64,000 bases of DNA from an uncultured Bacilli bacterium (GTDB lineage Bacteria; Bacillota_I; Bacilli_A; RF39; UBA660): the NCBI GenBank assembly GCA_947626515.1, contig CANQSL010000003.1:2028-66027 (forward strand), read 5' to 3'. Positions within the stretch are counted from its first letter, which is position 1. Each line of letters starts with the position of its first letter. Position numbers and translations under genes: made by a program. The notes beneath the pieces were generated by a model that did no database searches, was not told the origin of the DNA, and saw only the letters and a list, made by a program, of their open reading frames with translations. This document shows positions 20,090 to 29,853 of the stretch, in pieces.

Positions 20090-21166
20090 TTACATAAATA
20101 AACTTTTTTTCTTTAATATCTTTAATGTAGCTATTCCAAAAATAGTTATTATTAATCCAATTAAACTATATCTAATTATTCCAGTATTTGGATTTTCTGT
20201 AGTTCCAGTTACCTTTTCTTCTTCTTTTTCATTACCATCTTCATAAACTACTTTATCTTGTGAAACCGTATCATCATCTTCTACTAAAGTACTAGCATAA
20301 ACAACTTTACTAAAAGTATCTCCATCATTAACTTTAGCTTTATAATAGTAAGTAGTATCACTTTTTAAATCAGAATCAATAATTCCAACTTCTCCAGTAC
20401 AACTAATACCTTTTTGTACAGGTTCATATTCACCATCTATACTTGTAGAACGATATATATCACAAAATGGAATATCAAAAGAACTAAAATTATCTTCATT
20501 TTCTTTTTTTGTATATTCTTCTACTTTTGCATAAAGCGTAATAGAATTTTCAGTAACGTTATCAACTTTTAATGTTGGAGTATACTTAGCATATTCACTC
20601 TTATTTTTTTCTTCATAAGTTATTCCATGATCATCCATTAAATTACTTATTTTTTCAGTATCTAAAGGTATTCTAATATATTTTAAACTTGGTTCTTCTG
20701 TATTAGTATTATTTAATTTAACTTCTATGCCATACTTTGTATCTAATTTATCTATATTTTCCAAAGTTATTCCATTTAAAAATTCATCATCTAATGTCAT
20801 ATCTTTATACCCACTTAAATTAAATAGACTATCAGCTATTCCATTTACAGCAATAGCTAAAAACATATAAGAAAATATATTATCTTCTTCAAAAGTTATT
20901 GATGAACCATCTAATTCTAAATAATCATCATATATATCAAAAGAAAATATTACTTCATTATCACTCATAATGTTTAATTTATTATCTTTAACAACCAAAT
21001 TAATACTAGATTCATTATCCTCATTTAAAGAAGTAAGAGATTTATAAGTCGTAGTATTTTTAAATTCTTTCGCTATATCTTCTGCTGTTAATATTTTTGC
21101 ATATACATTTACATTTAAAACTATAAACATATTTAAAAATACAAAAAACATTTTTAAATATTTCAT
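20090..21166 (-). CDS. secreted surface protein with C-terminal sortase-type sorting signal (NPNTG)
   Basis: Signal peptide (MKYLKMFFVFLNMFIVLNVNVYA). A beta-rich FN3-like segment is present (ITLYAKVEEY...TTYYYKAKV). The C-terminus reads TENPNTG, then a 22-aa hydrophobic stretch, then a KKKSLFM tail. Confidence 0.6.
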   Translation of the reverse strand: MKYLKMFFVFLNMFIVLNVNVYAKILTAEDIAKEFKNTTTYKSLTSLNEDNESSINLVVKDNKLNIMSDNEVIFSFDIYDDYLELDGSSITFEEDNIFSYMFLAIAVNGIADSLFNLSGYKDMTLDDEFLNGITLENIDKLDTKYGIEVKLNNTNTEEPSLKYIRIPLDTEKISNLMDDHGITYEEKNKSEYAKYTPTLKVDNVTENSITLYAKVEEYTKKENEDNFSSFDIPFCDIYRSTSIDGEYEPVQKGISCTGEVGIIDSDLKSDTTYYYKAKVNDGDTFSKVVYASTLVEDDDTVSQDKVVYEDGNEKEEEKVTGTTENPNTGIIRYSLIGLIITIFGIATLKILKKKSLFM

Positions 21167-21287
21167 ATTATCACCAACTATTTTAAGTATAAATATTAAG
21201 AATAATAATGTCTATTAAATTTTAAATTAGTAATGTAAATCTATGTAAATTATAAAATAAATGTTATAATACTTTTAAGGAGCTATT

Positions 21288-22508
21288 ATGACAACATTAT
21301 CAATTATATATTTACAATTACTTTTTTTATTTAAATCAAAAAAAATAGATAATTATATTAAAAAAACTAATATTTTTAATAAAATAAAATATCCTAAATA
21401 TATTGTTGGTATTTTAGGTACAAGTAATAAAAACGAAATTGCAAATCTTCTTTTTCATGTTTTAAAAAATAATAAATATAAAGTTTTAATATTTGATAAA
21501 AATAATATTATAAAATATATTAATCCATTTACAAAAAAGATTAAAAAAAATATTCTCATAGTTAATTCTAATTATAATTTAATTGATAACTATACTCATA
21601 TAATAATTAATAATATATCTAGATATAATCTAACTAGTAATATTACACCAAATAATATATTAAATAAAATTATTCCATTATTAAATGACAATACAAATCT
21701 AATAATAAATGCAGACAATCCTATATTAAATAAATTAAAATATGAACATAATGGTTTAACTTTTACTTATGGAATTAATAACACAGAGTATTCTACTAAA
21801 TTAATTAATAATAATATCGATTTTGCTTATTGTCCTTTTTGTGATAATAAACTAAAATATTCTTACTATCATTTAGAAAATTTAGGTAAATACAAATGTA
21901 ATAAATGTGATTTTTCTAGAGGCAAACTAAATATAGAAGCAGATGAAGTTAATTTGGAAAAACAGTATTTTATTGCCAATAATTCAATATATTATTCATA
22001 TGATAAATCTTTATTTTCAGTATATTCAACTTTATCAGTAATAACATTTTCTAAATTAATAGGTATTAAAACTGAAAATATACAAAAATATATTAATGAT
22101 ATAAAAATTAATTTAAATAACAATACTTATGTAAAATATAAAAATAAAAAAATATATCTTAAACTAATAGAATTAGAGGATTCAATTAGTTTTAGTGAAA
22201 CTATAACTAATATAAATAATTTAAATAAAAAAGTTAATATTATATTCTCTTTTGATAAAATTTCTAATAATTATAACGATATAAGTTACTTATATGATAT
22301 AGATTTTAATATATTAAATAATAAAAATATTGACAATATTTTTATTATAGGAAAATTTAGATATGATATTTTAACTAGATTAAATTATACAAAAATAGAT
22401 ACCAATAAATTACTATTAGTTGATAATATAAAAAGTTTAAAAAAATATTTAAATGAAAGTACAATAAAAGATTTTTACTTCATTAGTAATGAAAATAATT
22501 TATTTTAG
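21288..22508 (+). CDS. murT: MurT-like Mur-ligase family protein (divergent)
   Basis: Four-Cys ribbon CPFCDNKLKYSYYHLENLGKYKCNKCDF, LIINADNP, and a DUF1727-like YLYDIDF at the C-terminus. Followed immediately by a GatD-like gene. The P-loop reads GTSNKNE instead of GTNGKT(T/S). Confidence 0.65.
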   Translation: MTTLSIIYLQLLFLFKSKKIDNYIKKTNIFNKIKYPKYIVGILGTSNKNEIANLLFHVLKNNKYKVLIFDKNNIIKYINPFTKKIKKNILIVNSNYNLIDNYTHIIINNISRYNLTSNITPNNILNKIIPLLNDNTNLIINADNPILNKLKYEHNGLTFTYGINNTEYSTKLINNNIDFAYCPFCDNKLKYSYYHLENLGKYKCNKCDFSRGKLNIEADEVNLEKQYFIANNSIYYSYDKSLFSVYSTLSVITFSKLIGIKTENIQKYINDIKINLNNNTYVKYKNKKIYLKLIELEDSISFSETITNINNLNKKVNIIFSFDKISNNYNDISYLYDIDFNILNNKNIDNIFIIGKFRYDILTRLNYTKIDTNKLLLVDNIKSLKKYLNESTIKDFYFISNENNLF

Positions 22509-22516
22509 GAGAATTT

Positions 22517-23224
22517 ATGGAAAAAATATATATTGCACACCTTTATTATGATTTAATGAATTTATATGGAGAAAGTGGAAATGTATTAGCTTTGGAAAAA
22601 GCATTTAATGATCAAGATATGTATACTGAAATAATTAATTTAAGTATCAAGGATAGAATTGATTTTGAGGACTATGATATATATTATATGGGATCTGGCA
22701 GTATTGAAAATCAAAACTTAGTAATAGAGGATCTATTAAAATATAGAGATAAGATAAAACACGCAATAAAAAATGGAAAACATTTTATATTTACTGGAAA
22801 TAGTTATGAAATATTAGGGAAATATATATTGAGAAACAATGAAAAAATTGAAACATTAGATATTTTTGATTTTTATACAAAAGAAACTGAAGATTCCATT
22901 ATTGGTGATCAAATAATGTTTTCTAATTTAATTAATGATAATATAATAGGTTTTCAAAATAGAAATACTATACTAAATAATAAAGGTAATCATTTATTTG
23001 AAGTTATAAAAGGTTTTGCTGATAATAAAAAATCTAAACATGAAGGATTACACTATAAAAATCTATATGCAACTTATAATTTAGGTCCATTGCTAATTAG
23101 AAATCCTAAAATAAAAAACTTCATTGTTAAAGAAGTTTTAGACAAAAAAGATATTCTGTATAAAGAAATAGACACAATCGATGATAAGGCTTATAACGAA
23201 TATATTAAGAATTTTATTTCTTAA
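22517..23224 (+). CDS. gatD: GatD-like CobQ-type glutamine amidotransferase homologue (catalytic residues apparently substituted)
   Basis: HLYYDLMNLYGESGNVLAL, GFQNRN, EGLHYKNLYATYNLGPLLIRNP align with the GatD family layout. The positions I expect to hold the nucleophile Cys and the His read FTGNSYEILG and YNLGP. Confidence 0.65.
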   Translation: MEKIYIAHLYYDLMNLYGESGNVLALEKAFNDQDMYTEIINLSIKDRIDFEDYDIYYMGSGSIENQNLVIEDLLKYRDKIKHAIKNGKHFIFTGNSYEILGKYILRNNEKIETLDIFDFYTKETEDSIIGDQIMFSNLINDNIIGFQNRNTILNNKGNHLFEVIKGFADNKKSKHEGLHYKNLYATYNLGPLLIRNPKIKNFIVKEVLDKKDILYKEIDTIDDKAYNEYIKNFIS

Positions 23225-23229
23225 TTTTT

Positions 23230-23979
23230 TTATAAAATTTTATCTAAGATAAAATTTAATAATGGAATATTTAAAAATATTATAAATAAGCTACTTACCA
23301 AAAATGGTCCAAATGGAAGCATGTGGTCTCTATTCTTTAATGTTACATATAAAGCATATGGAAATGCTAAGAAAGAAGCTAATATAATATAAATAATACC
23401 AAATTTAATTCCTAAAGCTACTCCAGCTACAAAAGATAATTTAATATCTCCTCCACCCAATGCTTCTTGTTTAAATAATAAATATCCAATAGCTCTTAAA
23501 AGATATGCTACAAAAAATATAACTACTCCATCAACTAAAGATAATAAACTTTTTATAAGTCCAATATCATATAGTTTTATTAAAAAAATTAGTATTGCTG
23601 CCACTATTAAAGGGCTATCATTAATAATCATAAATTTTGAATCACTTACATAAATAATTATTACTAAACTTGCAAGTACTAAAGAAATAAAGAAATTTGG
23701 AGTTATATTAAAGACTTTATAACATAATGCGAATAAAGTACCAGATAATAATTCCATAATAAAATATGTTGGTGCTATTGGTTCTTTACACTTTTTACAA
23801 GCGCCTCCCAAAAATATATAACTCAATAATGGAATATTTTCATACCAACTCAACATATGTCCACATTTTGGACAATGAGATCCTGGTTTTACTATTGACT
23901 GTTCTTGAGGCAATCTTAATCCAACTACATTGTAAAAAGATCCAAATATAGCTCCAATAACAAAAATCAAATATAACAT
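23230..23979 (-). CDS. prepilin peptidase (A24 family, PilD/ComC type)
   Basis: N-terminal Zn-ribbon region CPKCGHMLSWYENIPLLSYIFLGGACKKCKEPI. Polytopic body with the GGGDIKL aspartyl motif. Confidence 0.85.
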   Translation of the reverse strand: MLYLIFVIGAIFGSFYNVVGLRLPQEQSIVKPGSHCPKCGHMLSWYENIPLLSYIFLGGACKKCKEPIAPTYFIMELLSGTLFALCYKVFNITPNFFISLVLASLVIIIYVSDSKFMIINDSPLIVAAILIFLIKLYDIGLIKSLLSLVDGVVIFFVAYLLRAIGYLLFKQEALGGGDIKLSFVAGVALGIKFGIIYIILASFLAFPYALYVTLKNRDHMLPFGPFLVSSLFIIFLNIPLLNFILDKIL

Positions 23980-23989
23980 AAAATCCTTC

Positions 23990-25630
23990 CTAACTTATCT
24001 GTCCGTATAAACTAAACATTGGAACAAGTATCGCAATTATTACACTACCAACGACACCGGCAAGTAAAACTATCATAACAGGTTCAATTAATGATTTTAA
24101 TGCATTTATTATATTTCTATGTTCTTCTTGATAGTAAACACTAACTTTTCCCATCATTTCTGCTAATTCACCAGTAGACTCTCCTGTAACTATCATATAA
24201 TATGCAACGTCTGGAACTGCCCAGTTATCTTTAAATGATGAACTAATCTTATCTCCATATGCAATATTATTAATTGTTTGGTACATTATATCTTTATAAA
24301 TTTCATTGCTAGTAATTTTTGATAAAATTTCCATACTATCGGTAATAAATACATTGTTTTTAAGTAATGATGAGAAAGTTTTTGTAAATATTGTTATTTC
24401 TTTATAAATAATAATTTTTCCAAACAAAGGCAATTTCATAGCAAAATATTGCATATAATATCTAGCTAATTTTATATATTTATATATTAATATTAGCGCT
24501 ATAATCACAATCAAAACTATAATTAATATATATATAATATTCTTTTTTAAAAAATCACTAGCTGCTAATACAAATAATGTAAAACCATTTAATTCTACAC
24601 CTGCTGAATCATATATTCCTGAAAATTGAGGAACTATATATATTAGCATAAAAGTTGTTACTGCCAATGCAAATACCATAACAATTGAAGGATACGTCAA
24701 AGCACTTATCATCTGCTTTCTTGTAGTCTCAATTTCATTATAATATGCTACTTGATCATCTAGTGTTTCTTCTAATTCTCCCGTAGCCTCAGCTGCTTTT
24801 ATCATGTTTATTAATAAAGGTGGAAATGCATTTCCTTGTTTTTCCAAAGCAATACTAAAACTATCACCCATAATTAATCTGAAAACAACACTCTCAAATA
24901 TTCTTTTTTTAGTTTTATCTTTTTTACCTAATTGCAAAGATAGTATTCTCATTGCATCTGTTAGAGGTATACCACTTTTTAAATATGTTGATAATTGTGT
25001 TAACCAAAAAATTAAATCTTTTGTTTTTAGCTTTTTTTTAGAAAATTGTTTTTTGCCATAAAGAGATTCAATAAATTTATTTGCAGAAATTTTATATACT
25101 TGATAATCTTGTGATTCTAAAAATTCAAAAACTTCTTGCTTACTAAAAGCTTCTATGAAACCATTAACAATTCTTCCATCACTAATTGCATAATATTGAA
25201 ATGTAATGGGTTTAGAATTTCTTTCTTGATTATCCTCTTTTAAAATTTTTATTAATTTTTCTCTTTCAGATAATCTTTTTGAAAGATTCTTTTTATTAAT
25301 TTTATTTAATTTCAAGTTTTTTTTATGATTTTTTAGAACTTCTTTATTTTCATAATTATATTTATCTTCTTTTATAACATTTTCAGAATCCTTATTAGAT
25401 TTATTATTTTTATTCAAATTAATTAAATCTACTACTCCATTCATATTTGTAGCAGTATTATTAGACTTATAAAGTTCTTTTTTATTATGAGCATTTATTG
25501 ATGCAGAATTAAGTTTATTAAATATAAATAGGAAAGGAAAAAGAATACCATATAAGGTATAGTAACACCCTAAAGCACAATATTTAAAAGGAGCTATAAT
25601 TAACGAAATTATATTTGTTTTAGATTTCAT
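23990..25630 (-). CDS. type II secretion / type IV pilus platform protein (GspF/PilC/ComGB family) with ~145-aa N-terminal extension
   Basis: Two T2SS-F repeats are present (FQYYAISDGRIVNG..., LSTYLKSGIPLTDAMRIL, GEATGELEETL, GESTGELAEMM). The first ~145 aa (a TM helix plus N/K-rich low complexity) are additional to the family core. Confidence 0.85.
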   Translation of the reverse strand: MKSKTNIISLIIAPFKYCALGCYYTLYGILFPFLFIFNKLNSASINAHNKKELYKSNNTATNMNGVVDLINLNKNNKSNKDSENVIKEDKYNYENKEVLKNHKKNLKLNKINKKNLSKRLSEREKLIKILKEDNQERNSKPITFQYYAISDGRIVNGFIEAFSKQEVFEFLESQDYQVYKISANKFIESLYGKKQFSKKKLKTKDLIFWLTQLSTYLKSGIPLTDAMRILSLQLGKKDKTKKRIFESVVFRLIMGDSFSIALEKQGNAFPPLLINMIKAAEATGELEETLDDQVAYYNEIETTRKQMISALTYPSIVMVFALAVTTFMLIYIVPQFSGIYDSAGVELNGFTLFVLAASDFLKKNIIYILIIVLIVIIALILIYKYIKLARYYMQYFAMKLPLFGKIIIYKEITIFTKTFSSLLKNNVFITDSMEILSKITSNEIYKDIMYQTINNIAYGDKISSSFKDNWAVPDVAYYMIVTGESTGELAEMMGKVSVYYQEEHRNIINALKSLIEPVMIVLLAGVVGSVIIAILVPMFSLYGQIS

Positions 25631-25728
25631 AATTATACCTCCTTATTATTATATATAATATTATATCATGTATATTTTTAGATGTAAATTTTTTTTATAT
25701 ATTTCATATAATCTTATAGGTGATTTAT

Positions 25729-26019
25729 ATGAATGAAGCTCCATCAGGATTGTTTAAAATCTTAAATGGTATAAATACAACTTTAAATTTTGCAAATAGA
25801 GCTTTGCCTATTTATAAAGAATCTGTACCTTTATTTAAAACTATTCATTCAACTTATAAAAATTTTAAAAATAATAAAGAAAATATGAAAAATGTTATAA
25901 AGTTAATAAGAGCTACTAAAAAAATTAATAATTCAAGTGTTCCAATTATTAAAAACGACATAAAAAATAATAATAGTAATAAATATATAAATGTTAATAA
26001 TCCAAAGTTTTTTATATAA
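25729..26019 (+). CDS. small hypothetical protein (possibly YqfQ/VrrA-like)
   Basis: The ATG at 25729 has an AGGTGA RBS 5 nt upstream. The product is N/K-rich and ends ..NNPKFFI, which reminds me of the PKLYI-type C-terminus of YqfQ-like proteins. This assignment is weak. Confidence 0.4.
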   Translation: MNEAPSGLFKILNGINTTLNFANRALPIYKESVPLFKTIHSTYKNFKNNKENMKNVIKLIRATKKINNSSVPIIKNDIKNNNSNKYINVNNPKFFI

Positions 26020-26026
26020 AAAAAGA

Positions 26027-26368
26027 TTAAACTAATTCAAGTTTAACCATTAAAGCATCGTCTCCGATTCTTTCTTTTAATTTAATTATACGAGTATATC
26101 CACCATTGCGATCTTTATAGTTAGGAGCCAATACATCGAATACTTTACTAACTACTTTTTTATCATTATGTAAGAAAGCTAAAGCATTTCTTCTAGCAAC
26201 TAAAGAGCCATTCTTACCGTAAGTAATCATTTTATCAACAAACTTACGAACTTCTTTTGCTCTTGCTTCAGTTGTAATGACATAACCATGATTAATAACA
26301 TCTTTTGTTAATCCAGCCAATATACTTCTTCTTATACGAGATTCTCTCCCTAATTTTCTATATGCCAT
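26027..26368 (-). CDS. rplQ: 50S ribosomal protein L17
   Basis: MAYRKLGRESRIRRSIL...TTEARAKEVRKFVDKMIT. Lies downstream of rpoA. Confidence 0.95.
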   Translation of the reverse strand: MAYRKLGRESRIRRSILAGLTKDVINHGYVITTEARAKEVRKFVDKMITYGKNGSLVARRNALAFLHNDKKVVSKVFDVLAPNYKDRNGGYTRIIKLKERIGDDALMVKLELV

Positions 26369-26380
26369 AAATTACTCTCC

Positions 26381-27322
26381 TTATTCGTGGAACTTAAGTC
26401 CCATCTCTCTTACTTTATCTAATACTTCTTTTAATGATTTTTTACCTAAATTACGTATTTTAGTAACTTCAACTTCTTTTTTATCGATTAAATCTTGCAT
26501 AGTATTAATACCTGCTCTTTTTAAACAATTATAAGCTCTAACACTAAATTCAATCTCTTCGATTGGAGTTTCTAAAGTTTTAGTAATTGTATCAACCTTT
26601 TTTTCAGCTATGACACCAGTAATATCAGAAATTTCATTTAAATCTGCAACTATTTGTAAATGCTCAATTAATATTTTACTAGCTAAAGCCATACATTCTT
26701 CTGGTGTTATTGAACCATTTGTATAAACATTCATTATTAATTTATCAAAATTTTCATTTTGTCCAACACGAGCATCTTCTACTTCATAAGAAACTCTTTC
26801 AATTGGAGAATATAATGAGTCTATAGGTATAACTCCAATACTAATATTCTCTAATAATTCTTTATTTTGTTTAGCATCAACATATCCTCTACCATTTCCA
26901 ACAGTAAGTTCCATGTCAATTTTTCCACCCTTAACTAAATTACAAATAACTAAATCAGGATTAATTATTTCTATATCAGGATCATGTTCAATCATACTTG
27001 CAGTAACTGCGCCTTCTTCATTAGCTACTAATCTCATAGTTTTATTTTCTTTAGTATGATTTTTTATTACTAAACTTTTTAAATTAATTATTATAGTTGT
27101 GACATCTTCTATTATACCGTCTATTTTTTGAAATTCATGTAATACGCCATCAATTTTTACACTTGTTACTGCACTTCCTGGCATATTATTAAGCATTACT
27201 CTTCTTAAAGCATTTCCAATAGTTGTTCCAAATCCTCTTTCAAGAGGTTCTAATTCAAATTTTCCAAAATTATTTTTTTCAACATATTCTGTTATTTTAT
27301 ATTCTGGTTTCTCAAAATTCAT
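26381..27322 (-). CDS. rpoA: DNA-directed RNA polymerase subunit alpha
   Basis: FGKFELEPLERGFGTTIGNALRRVML.. in the N-terminal domain. The C-terminal domain contains ELSVRAYNCLKRAGI-type EFSVRAYNCLKRAGINT. Confidence 0.97.
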   Translation of the reverse strand: MNFEKPEYKITEYVEKNNFGKFELEPLERGFGTTIGNALRRVMLNNMPGSAVTSVKIDGVLHEFQKIDGIIEDVTTIIINLKSLVIKNHTKENKTMRLVANEEGAVTASMIEHDPDIEIINPDLVICNLVKGGKIDMELTVGNGRGYVDAKQNKELLENISIGVIPIDSLYSPIERVSYEVEDARVGQNENFDKLIMNVYTNGSITPEECMALASKILIEHLQIVADLNEISDITGVIAEKKVDTITKTLETPIEEIEFSVRAYNCLKRAGINTMQDLIDKKEVEVTKIRNLGKKSLKEVLDKVREMGLKFHE

Positions 27323-27337
27323 AACTTTTTTCCTCCC

Positions 27338-27721
27338 TTAATTTCTTGGACGTTTTGGTGGTCTACAACCATTATGTGGTACAGGTGTTTCATCATTAAT
27401 TGCTGTTATTTCTAATCCAGCAGCTTGTAATGAACGAATAGCATTTTCTCTTCCGCCACCCATTCCTCTAACAAATACTTCTACCTTTTTAACTCCTGAA
27501 TCTTGTGCTGCATGAGCTGCTTGTTCAGCTGCCATACCTGCTGCGAATGGAGTTTTTTTCTTTGAACCTTTATATCCAATAGTACCAGCAGAAGCCCAAC
27601 TAATTACATTTCCTAATGTATCTGTAATAGATACAACAGTATTGTTATAAGTTGAATGAATATGTGCTTGACCTTCTACGACATTTTTCTTTACTTTTCT
27701 TTTTCTTCTATTATAAGCCAT
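27338..27721 (-). CDS. rpsK: 30S ribosomal protein S11
   Basis: [24 protein letters not shown]...[10 protein letters not shown]. Confidence 0.95.
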   Translation of the reverse strand: MAYNRRKRKVKKNVVEGQAHIHSTYNNTVVSITDTLGNVISWASAGTIGYKGSKKKTPFAAGMAAEQAAHAAQDSGVKKVEVFVRGMGGGRENAIRSLQAAGLEITAINDETPVPHNGCRPPKRPRN

Positions 27722-27732
27722 AATTTAACCTC

Positions 27733-28107
27733 CTACTTTCCTACTTTTTTCTTATTAGCAACTACTTTTCCTCTACCTTTACGAGTTCTAGCATTTCTAT
27801 TAGTTCTTTGTCCACGAACTGGTAAACCTTTTTTATGTCTACTTCCTTCATATGAACCTATTTCCATTTTATTTTTAATATTCATATTAACTTCACGACG
27901 AAGTTCACCTTCAACTAAGTACTTATCTACTTCTTTACGTAAACTTACTTCCTCATTATCTGTTAAATCTTTAACTTTTTTTAGACAGTCAACTTTAGCA
28001 TCATCACAAATTGTTTTAGCTAAACTTCTACCTATTCCATAAATTCTAGTTAATCCTGTTTGAATATTTTTATCTTTTGGTAATTCAATATTTTTTATAC
28101 GTGCCAT
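27733..28107 (-). CDS. rpsM: 30S ribosomal protein S13
   Basis: [26 protein letters not shown]...[11 protein letters not shown]. Confidence 0.95.
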   Translation of the reverse strand: MARIKNIELPKDKNIQTGLTRIYGIGRSLAKTICDDAKVDCLKKVKDLTDNEEVSLRKEVDKYLVEGELRREVNMNIKNKMEIGSYEGSRHKKGLPVRGQRTNRNARTRKGRGKVVANKKKVGK

Positions 28108-28118
28108 ACTTAACCTCC

Positions 28119-28232
28119 TTAACCTTGTCTTTGTTTATGTTTTGGATTTTCACAAATTACCATTACTTTACCTTTTCTTTTAATAATTCTACATTTTGCA
28201 CAAATTTTCTTTACTGATGGTCTAACTTTCAT
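28119..28232 (-). CDS. rpmJ: 50S ribosomal protein L36
   Basis: Too short for the ORF track. The reverse complement reads [37 protein letters not shown], with its stop at 28119-28121. It lies between infA and rpsM as expected. Confidence 0.9.
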   Translation of the reverse strand: MKVRPSVKKICAKCRIIKRKGKVMVICENPKHKQRQG

Positions 28233-28243
28233 AATTTCCTCCA

Positions 28244-28456
28244 CTACTTTCTATAAGTTATTCGCCCACGTGTTAAATCATAAGGTGAAAATTCAACGGT
28301 AACTTTATCACCTGGTAAGATTCGAATCATATTCATTCGAATTTTACCAGAAACGTGAGCTGTTACAGTAAAACCGTTATCTAATTCCACTTTATATTCA
28401 TCTTTGATAATCTCTATTACTTTACCGTCGACTTCAATTTTAGCTTCTTTAGCCAT
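28244..28456 (-). CDS. infA: translation initiation factor IF-1
   Basis: [15 protein letters not shown]...[37 protein letters not shown]. Confidence 0.95.
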   Translation of the reverse strand: MAKEAKIEVDGKVIEIIKDEYKVELDNGFTVTAHVSGKIRMNMIRILPGDKVTVEFSPYDLTRGRITYRK

Positions 28457-28459
28457 TTT

Positions 28460-29206
28460 TCACTCTCCTGTTAATATTTCATATCCATCATCACGTACAA
28501 CTATTGTATGCTCAAAATGTGCACTCGGCTTTCTATCTTGAGTAATAATAGTCCAATCGTCATCAAGGACATAAATTTTTCTGGTTCCTAGATTTAACAT
28601 TGGCTCTACTGCCAAAGTCATTCCAGATTTTAATACTAATCCAGTATTGTACTTGCCATAGTTAGGAACATCTGGATCTTCGTGCAATTTAGTTCCTACA
28701 CCATGACCTACCAATTCACGAACAACACCAAGATTATGTTTTTTTGCATATTGTTCAATTCTTGCAGAAACATTTCCAAGCTTTGCTCCCGCCTTAATTT
28801 CTTTAAGACCAGTAAACAAAGCTTTTTCTGTATGATGTAATAAATATTCTTTCTCTTTATTTATCTTACCTACAGGATATGTCCATGCAGAATCAGAGTG
28901 ATATCCATCTATAACTACTCCTATATCAATTGAAACAATATCTCCTTCTTTTAAAACCCTTTCTCCTGGAATTCCATGTACGATTTCTTCATTGACAGAA
29001 ATACATACACTTTTGGGAAATCCATAAAGTCCTAAAAATCCTGGAATACCACCATGACTTCTTATAAATTTATCTGCTTCATCATTTAAATATCCCGTTG
29101 TAATTCCTGGTTTTATTAAAGATTTTAAATACTGATGAGTTAAATAATTAACATGACCAGCTTTTTTCATTTTTTCAATTTCTTCTTCGGTTTTTATAGT
29201 TACCAT
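28460..29206 (-). CDS. map: type I methionine aminopeptidase
   Basis: Metal ligands lie in the expected contexts (ISIDIGVVIDGYHSD, GHGVG, EPM, HFEHT). Confidence 0.95.
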   Translation of the reverse strand: MVTIKTEEEIEKMKKAGHVNYLTHQYLKSLIKPGITTGYLNDEADKFIRSHGGIPGFLGLYGFPKSVCISVNEEIVHGIPGERVLKEGDIVSIDIGVVIDGYHSDSAWTYPVGKINKEKEYLLHHTEKALFTGLKEIKAGAKLGNVSARIEQYAKKHNLGVVRELVGHGVGTKLHEDPDVPNYGKYNTGLVLKSGMTLAVEPMLNLGTRKIYVLDDDWTIITQDRKPSAHFEHTIVVRDDGYEILTGE

Positions 29207-29853
29207 TATATCACTTTTTCTATTTCCTTAAATATTTCTAACGCATCAAGTGATGCATCTATTGTTTTTAAAACCCCACAACTATCATAATAATCTAAAA
29301 CAGGCTCAGTTTCTTCTATAAATACATCATATAAATTATTAAATGTTTCTTCATTATCATCACTTCTTGAATTTAATATAGTTCCACAATCATCGCAGAT
29401 ATTATCTTTTTTTGGTTTTAAATTATCATAATATTTATTATATGATTTTTTACACTTTGGACAAATTAACCTGCCCAAAGTTCTCTTTAACGCTTCATCC
29501 TTAGATATTTTTAAGTAAAATACTAAATCAACTTTCATATTTAAACTATTCATTAATTTATCTAATTCTTTAGCTTGATTTAAATTTCTTGGAAAACCAT
29601 CGAATATAATACCAAAATCATTAGTATTTTGATTCAAATAGTCTCCAAGCATTTTTAAAATAATATCATCACTAACTAATTTTCCACTATTAATAGTTTT
29701 TTCTAAACTTTTTCCAAAGTCATCTTGTTTCTTAATAGCATTTCTTACTAAATCACCAGTAGATAGATGATTAAAGTTATATTTTTCTTTTAACAAATTA
29801 CATTGTGTACCTTTACCTGTTCCATGCTGAGCTATAAAAACAATATTTTTCAT
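29206..29853 (-). CDS. adk: adenylate kinase
   Basis: P-loop GTGKGTQ, plus a zinc-lid of the CPKC...CDDCG type. Lies between secY and map. Confidence 0.93.
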   Translation of the reverse strand: MKNIVFIAQHGTGKGTQCNLLKEKYNFNHLSTGDLVRNAIKKQDDFGKSLEKTINSGKLVSDDIILKMLGDYLNQNTNDFGIIFDGFPRNLNQAKELDKLMNSLNMKVDLVFYLKISKDEALKRTLGRLICPKCKKSYNKYYDNLKPKKDNICDDCGTILNSRSDDNEETFNNLYDVFIEETEPVLDYYDSCGVLKTIDASLDALEIFKEIEKVI

